From NCBI GenBank assembly GCA_040954595.2, contig CM082578.2, forward strand, positions 10,733,166-10,797,165: 64,000 nucleotides of DNA. Reading direction: 5' to 3'. This document shows positions 24,801 through 38,900 of the stretch, in pieces; the stretch's first letter is position 1, and each line of letters opens with the position of its first letter. The translations under genes and the position numbers were made by a program. The notes under the pieces are model-generated. The model saw nothing but the letters and a program-made list of their open reading frames with translations, was not told where the DNA came from and did no database searches. The stretch comes from Balanoglossus misakiensis. Its lineage: Eukaryota; Animalia; Hemichordata.

Positions 24801-27800
24801 TTCTAGGTACTTTAATACTCCACAAAGGAGACTGACTGTGTATTATAACTGTATCTTCTAGTCAGATTATCAATTCAGTATCTGTTGCACGCTTTTTAAG
24901 GAAATTTAACTTTCCCATTTTGTGAAGTGTCTTGTTGCAAGGGCTTTGCTCTGCAGATGGTCTCCCAATGCCTGTCGCATATGTGATGTAGCATACATGT
25001 ACGCTCTTTGGTTTTGCTGTTTTCATTTATAGACGGCGATTAACCCATTCAACAAGCTTCTTCAGGTTAGACAGCTCAATAAAACAGCGTTAATGTGCGT
25101 TTCTAGACGCTCTTTTACTTGGTTGGGGTTACATTTCGTGGGATTAAAGTTTTCCCTCACACCTGCCACCAAACTGCCATAAAGCCCGTCTCAGGGTCAG
25201 GTGAGGTCATCGGTGGGTCATAGGTCGTTTGTGAACGTGGAGCAGGATCCGGGTGTCAAATTGTTAGCGGCTTGCCATACAGTAAAAGGGCAGTTGAACA
25301 CTTAACTGTGGCATGTTGACAACTGCAGATGGATCGGGAGCATGCCGTCTGTGATTTATAAAAGTTGCGATGTTCCATCATAAAAGTGATTACAACTCTA
25401 ACCAGCCTTTCTGTGTGAACAGCTGGGCAACTGTTGATCTGCCTTCATGTAAGTGCATCTGCAGGAAGTAAATGTAAAAAAAGAAATCAGAACAAGCTGC
25501 ATGTTCAAACTGTCCTGTCCTTGTAGATCTGCCTTCTCTGTAGTGGCTATGTACGAACTCACTCCATTGAAGTCTAACATGCCACCACTGCCTTAAAAAG
25601 GACAATGGGTATAGCAAAAATGGTCTGAGGTAGGCAGATAAGCACATGTAAGTTCTGGCTACCCCCCAGATATCGGGCTACTTGGTGAAAAGAAGGTTAA
25701 AGATATGAGAACGCCTCTGGCTGTTCAATTTAGATTATTAAAAAGTCATGTTGTCTTTGAGGTATATCCATAATAACAGTTCCCTCTCTAATGGCTTGTG
25801 ATTGCAATTTTCATTTTCATTTTGTTTTGAAAAATGCAGCAGTCAAAAGATCAAGGTGCAGAGGGGCCTGCACAATTGCTACACGCAGGTCATTTATCAT
25901 GAGATATTGCCTTTACTTATTCCAACGTCATTGCAAATGATGAGAGAGGACAGTCAAATCCATTCACGGAGAAGGTTTATTTTTAGAAGAGATTGTCGCT
26001 GAGTGCTCTAGTCAGAACGCATCACACCGAGGGGTACGTGTACATCATCCGTGGAATATCAAGTGTTCTAAATTTGCATCTTCGTGACACTGACAGGTGC
26101 TTTACGAAATCAGGCATGCAAAGGTTGCAGTGAGGTTAAATACATTGTATGCATTTCTAAGATCTTTGTTTTTTTATTCTGTTTTGCTTTCAGCTGAGAC
26201 ACGACTTGCTGGAGATTGTTTGGTGTAATACAAGTAGACCTTCAGTAACTGTGGGGGCGTGTGTTTGGGATTGGCTAAGTGTGTTCATCACAGGTATGTA
26301 TTTTGACTCTATGTCATTTCCTGGAAAAGTGTTTATCAGTTGTATAAGGAAGTGTTCATATATATCGGAATTGTTTTGTGACATGCGGTTGTCCTCTATT
26401 TGAAAAAAAAAAATGACAGCATGGCAGGTCTTCTTTTAAATTTTCATGTATACACACCTGTCTGAGCTTCTCAATGTGAACTTGAGTGATGCGAGTCGTA
26501 TCAGAGAGAACAGAGCACAGATGCATGATTGCATGGACAACAAAATTGAGACAAGCACAAGAAGACATCGTTGATAGCCGTCTGTAAATTGATATTTTCT
26601 CCCCATATTCGTCGTTGTCTCTCATCTTTTATTACAGGCTTATAATTTATAAACCACATTTAATTTTCCTTGATTTCATTCACGTACATGTACATGTATT
26701 GCATACATCAGTACATACACCATCCCTCATCCAGATAAGATCGTATCCACGTCTAATGTGCTTCAACATTTTCAGCTTCGAGAGAGCAGCCACATAGAGT
26801 CAAGCCATTAAACCTCCACATAACCAATTTCACTTTGTCTTCATTAACATCTTTCAGTGCCTTGGTCAAACATTATCTTGGGGGTTCCGGGTTTATAATA
26901 GACTGTATATTGTCATATCAGTTCGTATTTTTTAGAGACTATATCAGTGACAAGACTTGGCTTGCTCTCTGTGTGTCAAATCCCAGCAATCGGCCGTACG
27001 CATTTGTGTTCTGCATTCGATTTCATAGCAAAAACAACCAAGTTTATTTATCACGTAGACGCATATACTTCTCCACCGTAAGTGTCACACTATGCAGTAC
27101 CTGAAATGTGCATTAAACTCTCGAAGGGTTGGGAATTACTGTACTTGGCGGCAGACAACCCAAATTGACAGGCACCGTTTTAATACTTCACTCGGGTAGC
27201 CACTGAAAGTGTGGGAGATGGTGAGATAATCCAATAACAAGAAAATGGACTCTTCAGAAGCAATATGGTGTGTGTCCATTTAGCAATGGAGGTCTTTCCA
27301 AGTATGTTTATAGTGTTGTAGTGGTTTTGTGGGCAGACTGGCTTGCTACGTGATTTGGTGCGGTAGGTCTGGGTTTGAATCTTGTAAAATACAAGTTGAT
27401 AGTGCCACACACATTGGACTGCACAATCAGTGCACTTGTAATGTTACATGACAGTCTGATTGGACTGCTGCATACAATGTAGATATTAAATCATGCGTCC
27501 ACACACACAAAGATGTCTGTTGCATAATTTGACGCAAAAATTTCGAAAAAGACTTCAGAATTCAATTCGAATGTTAAAGGTACTGTGTCATATTGGTGCC
27601 GTGTCTTTTAAGTCTCATATGGTGATGAAAAGGGGAATGCTTGACATCAGCCAGGAATAGGTTAAGTAAAAGCTTGTGGCACACAGTGAATTAAATAGTA
27701 CTGTTCATCACACATAAATAGTATAATGTATTTCCGTGAGTATTAACGACTTGGCCTTCTGGAACTCACACCGACCATGAAATATTTGCATCTGTGGGGG

Positions 27801-30800
27801 GATAACATGTAAGTATTAAATGCTTTTTGAGAGAGGACAACACAGGTATACAGGATATAAGAATTGTAAATCTTCGGATTACCAGCGATTTGATTCAGAA
27901 TACGAATACGTTAAAAGACTTAAAGGTTGTCAGTCGTGTGAACGTTCTACGAAATTGCACGTTACTTTGTTCACCGCAGTATGTGGTCTAATCTGGCAGG
28001 TTTTCATCAGTGGAACTTGTGTTTGTGAAAATTGGATAGAAAAAGGTCACTTTTAGCGTCTGTTTTATTGAGTGCCACACATGTATTCAAGTGTACCGCT
28101 GTTTCCTGTTTGAGCACAGAAGCTGTCGTATCTTTTACAGCTGCCTGAAGCCATTGTACATGTCAGTATGATCCGGTTTCAAATCCTTCTTGTCTCGCTA
28201 GAACTGAAGTATAGCTTACGCTCAATAAGCAAAATGAAGTTTCTGTCTTTCATGGTGAGAATTAATAATTACACAATTGTCAAATAAAAGATCACAGGTG
28301 ACGTATGGTAAACTTTTTTTAAAGTGACACTGTCACATGTGTTTAAAAAATTGGGGTCATGAGGTCGAAGAGGGGGAAAAAGCAGGTGCTGCAAGTTGAC
28401 TGGTGACTCAGTGTGTGCATGACACTATGATGTCAGACATTTCTCTCTGGCTGGCTTGTACAGTTGTATTAACTTGTAGACTCAATCTGATTAAAATCAG
28501 ATGTAGAGTACAGCAACATCTTTTGTTAATAACCTACAAATGTATTCTGGTGTTCCCTTTGATCTTTTTATGATGTGCATAGTGCAATATCTGAAGAGAA
28601 TCGCAGAAGAATACACTGGAGAGCTGCTGGTGGTCCCGGTTATTAACGCTTAAAACGTGAATCAGGAATCATTGACTGTGCAGGAAATCTGCAACACAGC
28701 GGTAAATCAGACATCTGCGCTCTCCCACAAATCACTTTTTGTTTTCTCGTTCTTCACGAGATCCGTTCCAAGCTAATGCAAGGCAGCAATGAAGTGTTGT
28801 CATGAGAGAAACCAGACCTGCCTCAAGCGATGGAGAATTGAAATGTTCATCGTGTAACTGAGCTGCGGCTCAAATATCCTAAACATTTGACCAGATTGTT
28901 GAGAATTGACAACTTGTTTGGTCAATGAAGGCCAGAATGCATCAAAATACATGTACACATAGTCTGTGACATGAGACAGTGTAAATGCACCAGTGCGACT
29001 ATTACAGTGGACATGGTATGAAAAATGCATAGGAAAACTTAATGAGTGTACTACTGATAAAGGAATTGATTGCTGTGAGAATGTTCCTGTATGGGCATCA
29101 TTTAATTGATGTGGCCATCCTGCAAATCCATTTTGATGATTTCACACGGAAATATCTACCGCCAGACACCAATTATCAGAGATTTCTTGTAGGCGCGTAG
29201 AACGTCCTGTGGTGTTCCTGTAGTGCGGACACTTGAATAGAAGGAGCGAGCCCAGTGGAATCAATCAAAGGTTCAAGCCATGCGCTGTGTATCATTACAC
29301 CCAGGCCCCCACCCTCACCCCCGCCCTCTGTCAAGAATTTGGCAAGATTATGAGTAAAAACCAGTCAGTCATATTTTTTTCAAGAGAATAACATAACCAC
29401 ACTGGTTTGCTGTGGGGGAGAAAAAGACATGGGTATCCATGGTAACAGTGTCATCGATTTAAACACACGTAGGCCTCAACCCTGTGGTGACTTGTATTTC
29501 ATTTGGCATATCAAGAATTGTGTGACTTTGCAAATAAAAAAGTATAGCCTATTGATACAATTGAGCCTTTAGTGTGTAATTTCATTGAATATCACGTCAG
29601 GGAGTGCGTGCGCCTGATGTTATTTCACCAATTCTGCCCTGTGGGAGTTTATCTGTGTTCTTGTTACCTTTATGATTTATCATCCTGGGCAGAAGAGAGT
29701 GAATGAAGCTAATGATGGCTTATCAGAGGCACATCGAATGCTATCATTAGCGTTTGCGTGGGGATCGCAGTGACATTTGCCAATTCTCAATAGACTGTTT
29801 TGGGCATATCGTGATGTCATTTTCCGGGCCACCGCAGTTGCTGTTGCAAGAGTCTGTTATTATCCATCAGGTGGGGATCCATCGCAAAATTGGCCTTTTT
29901 TGTACCTACAGTGAGAAATGGGAATAAAACTGTTAATGTGTCTGGTTTGGTAGTTTCTACAGTCATGATTGGCTGTGCCGCTGAGTCCAGGTCTTCAAAC
30001 ATAATCCTGTGGTAATCTAGAAACTTGGCTTGTGATACCTGCAAACACATAATCACAGAGCAGCCCCGGTGCGATAGACAGTTGACGTGCAGCATGGGTG
30101 TCCCATTGAAATCAATTACGGTGTATGATCCTTTGTTAATAGGATATATGATAATAGCACAGGGGATTACGGTAGTTGTGTTGTAATTTCCCTATCACGG
30201 CTACCACTGACTGAGTATAATAGTCTTGGTCCAATTTGTCTAGCATGGAGACACTATTAAGATTTCAGACATAGGAAGCCAGGTGCGCAGATGGCATCAA
30301 GATAGTTGTAGTTGGATCCGTTTTATCTGCATCAGTTTGCACAGTGACTCACTTTTTCTGCGATCAGGTGTTTGTGGCTCTCAAATTGCACTAAAGTTCC
30401 AGAACATGTTGGAGACAGCCTGGGAAATTTGAGAGTTCTGACTGATTCAAGTATGATAACAAAATGTGATCAGGTGGACTCCCCCCCCAAAATAGTCTCA
30501 CAAAGTTCAGATTAAGGATGTACGATCGGTAAACCTGAAAGTATTGCCATTTCTTTTAATTTATATAGAATTTTGGATTCTATTTGTATATATAATGAAA
30601 ACCGCACATGCTTTCGAACTACAAGGCTATGAATTTAGTTGACAATTGAAGATTGGTGGGGAGAGTTAGTACTGGCTGGCACTCTAATTCAGATCGACAA
30701 ACAAAAGTTGTGATGTGGGGTTGGAGCGTGTGTATGATGTGAATTCTGATTAAAGTGTTAATTGATTTTCGTCAGATCGATGCCGGAAACGCCGCACTTG

Positions 30801-33394
30801 TTTTTTTTTTTTTTACAAGATTTTCGGTGTTGGAAAGCCATCCTGTGGAGTAACTAATCGATTTGTCTGCTGCGAAGAATTTTTGTGTTGCAATGTATCT
30901 GTTTTGATTGTAGATCTGATGGACATGTATGAGGTAGGAGGCAAATAATTCATTACAGAACAGCTTTTCAACATTGGTGATATGTCATTGACACAATAAA
31001 CTCATTTCTGTAATTGAAGTTTTATCCCTGGAGTCAAATTTTAATGGATTAAGCAATTATTGGGGGGGGGGGGGGGTGGTGATATTCTGATACCATGAGT
31101 GATGTGCATAAAATAAAATAAACCAAAAGACAGACTCAAAATGAGTAAAATCTGAAATTATTCAGAAGATAAAACTGTTCCAGAAAATATTAATTGGTGA
31201 TGTCTGTAGACAACACAAGAAATGGCAAATGAGAAAATGGCAAATAGCTTGCTCAACATTTGTAATTGACATAGGTCAGGTTGACATCAACTTTGGTGTG
31301 ATTTTAGAATGCGAAATGATGTTTGTCATGGGGTCGCCATGAATTTACATGAACAGTGGCTTATAAAAGCAGTCTTGATAAAAAGGGTGTTCATGGATTG
31401 AATTTTAAATTATAGAAAGTCGGAAAAACCGTCATCACGTCTATCTGCTGATCATCCATGCATGTTTTGCAGTTGGGCAAAGTTCATTTTATCCTTCAGG
31501 TAAATTACTCCCTGTCTGAAATGGCAACTTTGTTGACAAATGAACGCTTGGTAAAACAGCAGTAGGAATGCTAATATAAGATTCACTGGAAAAAAATTAA
31601 AGTTTCATCTTTTTATCCACATTTGGCAGTGGAAAATACATGTAATATATCACATGCTGTATTCTGCAACTGATCAGATCGGTTGATTTGTTCTTGTCCT
31701 GCCATCGTCCGTCATCATTAACAAACCACTGATCATATTGCTTTGATACTAGTAAAACAGGTCACTAGAGATGACCTATGTCAGATTTGTTTGTATGTTC
31801 CAGTTTCATGTACATGCCTTCCTGCAGACACCCTGATTCTGATTTCTTCAAATTAACAACACCATAAACAGCCATTTCATTAATTTCTAGTTTTTGACGT
31901 AAATTCTATCCACTAAATCTGGTCATTATTTATTTTTTAAACACCTCTGTTAGCTGCATGTAGGTCACTTAATGTTTTGATTTTGACAATAAGTCAGCTG
32001 GTGTGAAAAATAATGTGATGCGGTGATTTAATTCCAAGTCCCTCCACACCACAGGTTGGGGGGGGGGGGGGGGGGGATGGTTGTATGTATATATTTTTCC
32101 AAAATCAGGGCAGTTTATTAGCAAGCGATTCATTGATGATTTACATTATATCATGTTGACCACGATCATTCTGTCAGTCCTTCTTCATGTAAAGAATTGT
32201 ATACTTTAATGAAAATAGATTACATACATGTACGCCGTAAAGTTGAGTTCAGCGTAACCTCATTTCATCTACAGTATATCAAACTTTCGCTATACGATTA
32301 AACCCTGTATGAATTTTGATTCAGGAAGTTCAAGCAGTTAAATTTGTTTAACTGGGTTGTGTTGCTCGCAGTTACCATGACAACATTTCTGAGCCAGCAC
32401 TCACAGTGATTTGTTTTTGCACGAGGCTTTAAAATCCTACGTATACATTGACATACATGTATCCTTTGAATTATTGCCCAAGCGTTGTGTCAGTCAATTT
32501 CATATCCCGGCATTTAAGTGTGATTTATTGCAGGGCTTTCATTTTACAGCGCAGTGTTGGTATGGTGCTATTACTCTAACCTTTCTTCAAGTGTGGCATG
32601 TGCCTCGATTGCTGTCTGTCAGTGAAATATCGTTTTTGTTGTGCCTTTGACGTTAAAGAGCTGTGGCTGTGTACGGCAGGATGAAAACAGCTAAAATAAC
32701 TATAAATTATGGAAATTAGTACTTCGGAAATATCTGGAGGAAGTAAAGCAATAGGAAAGTGTTAATTTTGCAACTTTTTAAATTTTCTATCAAAATTTAA
32801 AGCGAAATTGTTGCAAATGAGAAAAAATGTTCATGGGGACCAGTAATGTAGGAAAATATGACTGCTCAAATAAGGGAATTTCAATATACAACTACATGTA
32901 CATGTGTTGTGGTGCATAATTCCATTTTGAGTGTTTGCTTTCTGCTGTGGTACAATTAACCAATTAAAATCTTGTTAATTGTAATGAACACCATGCTAGT
33001 GCCCAGTATCACATTTTCAACCGGCATCATGTTGGTATTGCTGTTTTGTCCATTAGCTTTTTTTCATATCCCTCTTCCCTTTGATGACCCTCTGGTTGCC
33101 TTGGTAACCTGAGCAATAGTACACATTAAATAGTAAACGGTAACAGCCAGTGATCAGTGATTGCTGGAAATATGACTTCTTTACGGTATATACGTTCCAT
33201 TGAGGTCAGTTGAATTATTTAGTAATCCCAGTTGAAGACATTGTTTTTCCTTCCAACAAATTGAAGAAGTGTCTATGAATTATTTACTGCTCGCTCTTAT
33301 TCATCTGAGAAGTTCAGCTATTGTTCTGGAAAATAACAGTGAGAAATGTGCATTATTATATCCATCTGTAAATCTGTTAAGTCGTCAATTAAAC

Positions 33395-33625
33395 CCAGCC
33401 ATTAATCCATCCACTAATCAATTTATTAAATTTTGTACTTCTCCGTTCCATTCCATCTATCAATCCGCCAATTCATCCATCCATCCATCCATCTATACAC
33501 CTGTCCACACATTTTAATCCATCAATTAATTTATCTGCTCTGCAATTAATCCTGCCATTAATCCATCAATTAATCTACTCATTACTCTATCTACATTGTA
33601 TCCATCCATCTATCCATGCATACAC
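33395..33625. repeat. Degenerate (TCCA)n low-complexity repeat
   Basis: Repeated atccatcc and ccattaatccatc motifs. Confidence 0.7.
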
Positions 33626-35780
33626 CAACCCAACCTGCCACACCACTCCTCTTGACTATTCCACTTATCCGTACCATCTGTACTAAGGCATCCACAACCA
33701 CTCACCACTGTCTCTCACACTGTCAGTGTCAAGCAGCAAACCCACTGACCAATTGAATTTAAGTGCAGTGCATAGATCTAAACAGACAGACACACAGGCA
33801 GAATCCAATGTACAAGCCCCTCTTTGAGGGCTCCACATGATGGGGACTTACATTTTCCCTCCCTGCTCACTCTATCTACTGATGTATTCCTTGATAATGG
33901 ACTCCCAGTACATTACAAAAAGATACAGCTGCATTCTCTCCCGCGGCGCAGCTCAATTGGGTTATCTGTGACGTTATCAGAAATTGAAATCAACAAAAAT
34001 TGAGCCGATGTGTACTTTTAGATATGGGTCTTATGTAAAAGAAATACAGTCTGATGCAAACAGTTCTTATCAGTGAAAATTGAGTTCAGACACAGTGGTA
34101 AACCCAAAGCGGCATTTACACAGACTTCTTTTATATAGAACATATAAAATGCTGACAAAAATTGACTTCCATGGTGCAGAATGTTTAAAAATGTTCATAC
34201 TGTAAAGTGTAATGTCAGCTGGGCTGTATTCTGGTCTTTTCTAGTGCTGGATGGACATTGGTACTGCTAATTCTACTAGTAGATTGAGAATTTTTAATGA
34301 AACAAAAAACAAAAACAGGGAAAGAATAGATGTGTAAAATCTGATACGGGATGGAAGGGAATCTCTGATGAAAGCTTGCCTCCAGTCGCAGACAGGAAAT
34401 CATTTTGTATCAGGTCTGAAATCCAAACCTGTACAATTCTCAATTGCCACATCTGTATGGTGAGATTGATGGCTGTGTGTTGTAGATTCGAACTGTACTG
34501 TTTCGGTTCTAGTGGGTTTAGAAACGTGTTGTTGACCCCTGCCTGTTTCATCCTGAACGTTTTCAGTGTCGATTGTGGAAAAGTGATTATAGTCGGAGAA
34601 GTTTTTTGTAACGGAATTGATGGAAATTGACTTCTCTTTTTATTGCGTCTCACTTGCGATATTATAAAAATTTATATCCTCTGCATGTTGTCTACGCAAG
34701 GGTCTTGGTGTGTGACACCGGCCTCGTTCTGAGATGTTTTAGCCGTTTTCTAACAAAAGCGTAAAACTGTCGTGAAGATTTGAGTAATCCTGTCATAAGA
34801 GTTCCGCCAGGATGCATTAAAAACTGATCAGGGAAGACAAAGTCATCTTGTTGTGTGCAGATTCTGAGTCACATAAATTAATTCAAAGTAATAAGTAGTC
34901 CACTTTACAGCATGTGAAGTTCCGAACGGTGCCTTTTAATCCCCGCGTGGGAAGTCTGCCTTAATTAGTTACCTTGCTGTTCTGCTTAATGATTATAGAA
35001 ACACCTAAAGCAATTTACTGCTGCGGTTTTTGGGTTCGAGATGCATAACCAGACCTTCATGGCATCCGGTGTCCATGGGTCGGCTGATTCTTTGTGTGTG
35101 TGTGTTTGAAAAAAACCCTGAATTCTACATGCACACTGACGAAGTCGTCACAATTTCCATTGTGGAAATCAAATCAGAAGATTACATTAGGGCTACACAG
35201 TGCATTTATCACCGAGATTGAGAAATTGCAACTCACTAGTGACTCCGGAGACGTCTACGAGGTTGTCTGGAGATTCTGCCTTCCTGATGGAGAACGCTTT
35301 AAGAAAATGCCGGCTACCCTGGCAATTTACCAGGAAGTGCTAGGTCTAGTTAACGTCAAATCATCGGGACTGGAGAGCCTCTCTCATCATGCATCCCCCT
35401 TTGGGATGTGCAACATCATTTATGTACATGCGCCTATTACCAACATGACAGAGAGCTGCATATGAACTTGTTTTGATCCTGCATTATCGTATGATAATTT
35501 TCCAATTTGATCTCCCCGACATGTCCATAATCTCCCAACACTTGCGGTAGTTATTCACACTGTGAGGGCCTTTTGATCTTCTTCATTTTCCACACACGCA
35601 CACTGCAGCTAGCCGCCACTGTCTATACGCACACGCCGTTTTCCTTCTCCCATCAATTTATTACCATTCTACCATCTTTTCTAACCCCTTTTCCTTCATT
35701 CCACAGACTGTAGCCGCACACTACTATGAATATATGGTGATCAGCAATCCACAAGCCGGGGCACGAAACACATTCCCACC

Positions 35781-35909
35781 ATGGAAGAGGAACTGCTTGG
35801 GAGCATCCGGCAGAGCCCGGATGACTTTGTCTGGAGCGAGCCGCACCAAGTGGAGCTGATCAAGAACGATGAAGACAATAATCTCGGCGTCAAAGTTCGA
35901 ACAATTCAG
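35781..35909 (+). CDS. PDZ-PDZ-DD gene coding exon 1 (start of PDZ1)
   Basis: MEEELLGSIRQSPDDFVWSEPHQVELIKNDEDNNLGVKVRTIQ, donor CAG|GTATTG, acceptor ccacag| at 35706. Not in the ORF track. Confidence 0.8.
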
Positions 35910-38900
35910 GTATTGCAAAACTCTCATTAGTAGCTTTTTCCACTTTGATTGAGAAATCTCTTTTGCTGAATATTTCACTGTATGCTGTGTTACAGTATTT
36001 TCTGTCAGACAGCCAGCCTGCAGTCATGCAGTGGTGTTTTAGATTGCTTGTCATGTGATTTCATGGTGATTGGTCAAGGGTGAAAATCAAGGATGTTGGC
36101 ATTCGAAGTGAAATTTCAGGTGGAGAGTATTGGAAACCATCAAATGGCTAATTATAATTTTATTTGGCACATCCATCTCCCAGGAGAGAAGAACTTTCAA
36201 ATCCAATGATTGTTCAAATGTAGACCAGCGGTAAAAGCAAGATTTATAGTAAGCTGGACATCCATTAATTAAGACAAGATGTTGACTGTTTGCTCTTCTC
36301 AAATTAAACCGTCTTTTAATTTGATTGTAGTCCATCAACCCTCCGGGGAAATCTACGCTTAAAAGTTGTGACGTAAAAGTTGCATATCATCTTTCATGCT
36401 GTGGGTTCCCGTGAAATAAATATTTTAAGGCTTTTGATATTGACTGTATCTCTGCCAGTGTCTATTCTTGGTGAATGGGTTGTCATGACTACACATGTGT
36501 GTGTGGATAATGTAGATTCTGATATAAAAATGAAACTCTGATCGTTTTTTTTGGCACCTGCAGTCAAATGTAAATGCTCATGAATGATAAACCAGAATTC
36601 ACAAATGAAAATCAGATTGAGAAAGAGGTCGTCCAAATTGAGAGACTCAAGATTATTGTTAAAGTGAACCGACACCTTCCTTGTAGAGAGATTCTAATAA
36701 AATCTTTGTGAAAAACATGAGTGATTTGCGTCGTTTTTATTCACTTTCACTTATCGCGCAGCAGCGTAGCGTCGATCTCGATATGCAGTGTGACGTCACA
36801 AACTAGTCACCAGTAGCAGACGCCACCGTGCGCACGCTAACGTACACAGACAGTTGACATGGGTGGCTGCCTCGCAAGTGGGAGCAAAAACAGAGTTGGC
36901 AAAAACACGGCGAAAGGTTTTATAAAAGTTCCCGACCCTTCGGTGGACAGTCAAAATGCAAATCGAGCTGAAAAATGGGTGTCAAACATTGGCATATTAT
37001 TTCGGTGCTTATTGCTGAGACAGATGATACTTTTGCTTCGGAAATGTTCGTGTTCAACTAGGCCCTATATCGTGAAGCATATTGCAAAAAAAAAAACTAC
37101 ACAGCAAAAATTGTCGAAACAGCCGGGGCTCCTGATTTCCTTTGATCACCATATGACGAAACCGAATTTTTGGCACTGTAAATCAAAACTCTGATCGGAA
37201 GAAAGTAGTGTGGCGGAAATAGGCCTACTTGTGAACACTGTTTTTGTCGCGTACCCAAGCTGTGAATGCATCGCAAAACCATTTCCAAAGACAAAAACGA
37301 CCACGCGATATGGAGTTTTCAAACGAAGATATCGTCGGATTTTTGTACGAACCCGAATACAGCAGCGATGAGATGGTAGGCGACTCAAGTGAAACTGATT
37401 CCAATAGTACAGAGGCAAGTGTAGACAGCAAAGACGATCGAGAAGAGTGATCGGCTTCGTCTTTCATCACGCTCATGGTGTAGCTGCGCTGCGGTAAATG
37501 CGAAGTTATTTCTACTGTCAAGGAATGCCGGTGCTGCCATGAAATAGATTTCTTGACAAGGCCGTTAGATAAAGACTTGAACGACATATCACGAAGCCAT
37601 GCGATAATTTTTGACATTTAGTCACCCATGTCATAATAGGGACCCTCGTGATTTCCCAAAAGAATAGAAAGTAAACCTATTGACACTCTCGCGAAAATGT
37701 CTACCACACGTGTCTACCATCCTTTACGTTGATCAACAGCTGTGAAAAGATGCGGCTTTGTTGATCAAAGGGAGGCAGAAACTCCGATTGTTATGTTTCG
37801 AGTACATCTGTGGTGCTTCCAGATGGTAGAGGTGGTCGTTTTTGTCTTTGGAAATGGTTTTGCGATGCATTCACAGCTTGGGTACGCGACAAAAACAGTG
37901 TTCACAAGTAGGCCTATTTCCGCCACACTACTTTCTTCCGATCAGAGTTTTGATTTACAGTGCCAAAAATTCGGTTTCGTCATATGGTGATCAAAGGAAA
38001 TCAGGAGCCCCGGCTGTTTCGACAATTTTTGCTGTGTAGTTTTTTTTTTGCAATATGCTTCACGATATAGGGCCTAGTTGAACACGAACATTTCCGAAGC
38101 AAAAGTATCATCTGTCTCAGCAATAAGCACCGAAATAATATGCCAATGTTTGACACCCATTTTTCAGCTCGATTTGCATTTTGACTGTCCACCGAAGGGT
38201 CGGGAACTTTTATAAAACCTTTCGCCGTGTTTTTGCCAACTCTGTTTTTGCTCCCACTTGCGAGGCAGCCACCCATGTCAACTGTCTGTGTACGTTAGCG
38301 TGCGCACGGTGGCGTCTGCTACTGGTGACTAGTTTGTGACGTCACACTGCATATCGAGATCGACGCTACGCTGCTGCGCGATAAGTGAAAGTGAATAAAA
38401 ACGACGCAAATCACTCATGTTTTTCACAAAGATTTTATTAGAATCTCTCTACAAGGAAGGTGTCGGTTCACTTTAAGGCCAGTACTTTTCAGATAAGCAC
38501 CCATTTTTCCCCCTGGAATTGCTATTAAATCAGGGAGCTCTGAAATGCAAATCAAATATTTAAAACATAATTACTAATTTAAAATGTAGTTTTCATTGTG
38601 ACAGAAAAGTAGGTTCATTTGATATTTTGTCTTGCTTGCTGATGAGGTGAGTTTCATTGACTCATTAATTATACATATTTTCAGGTAAGTGTATGAATAC
38701 AACGAGACCAACAATTTTATCTCTTCCACTGATATTTGTCTAAGAAGATTCAATTCTACTTCTGTCGTTTTCACAAAACCGTACAGACGTGTACATATAT
38801 AGCTCTGTGTAATGAAAGCGATTGATCGCACTAAATTTTGAGATGATCTTCATTAAATGATTATTGCTGAGAGAATAGACTCATTTATCACTCAAATTCA

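Noticed and set aside
140-32076. Recurrent poly-G tracts (e.g. 140, 2008, 7254, 11831, 12328, 31062, 32058)
   Set aside because: Scattered homopolymers with no consistent context; look like genome background.
35094-35465. 123-aa ORF just upstream of the first PDZ-DD coding exon
   Set aside because: No true ATG start, no GC3 bias and no domain; the next exon has an in-frame stop before its ATG.
36859-38276. Duplicated ORFs MGGCLASGSK... (36859..37194 +, 38001..38276 -) and the MSLEMV... pair
   Set aside because: Products of the inverted arms; no recognisable domain, and the two MGGCL copies are frameshifted relative to each other.
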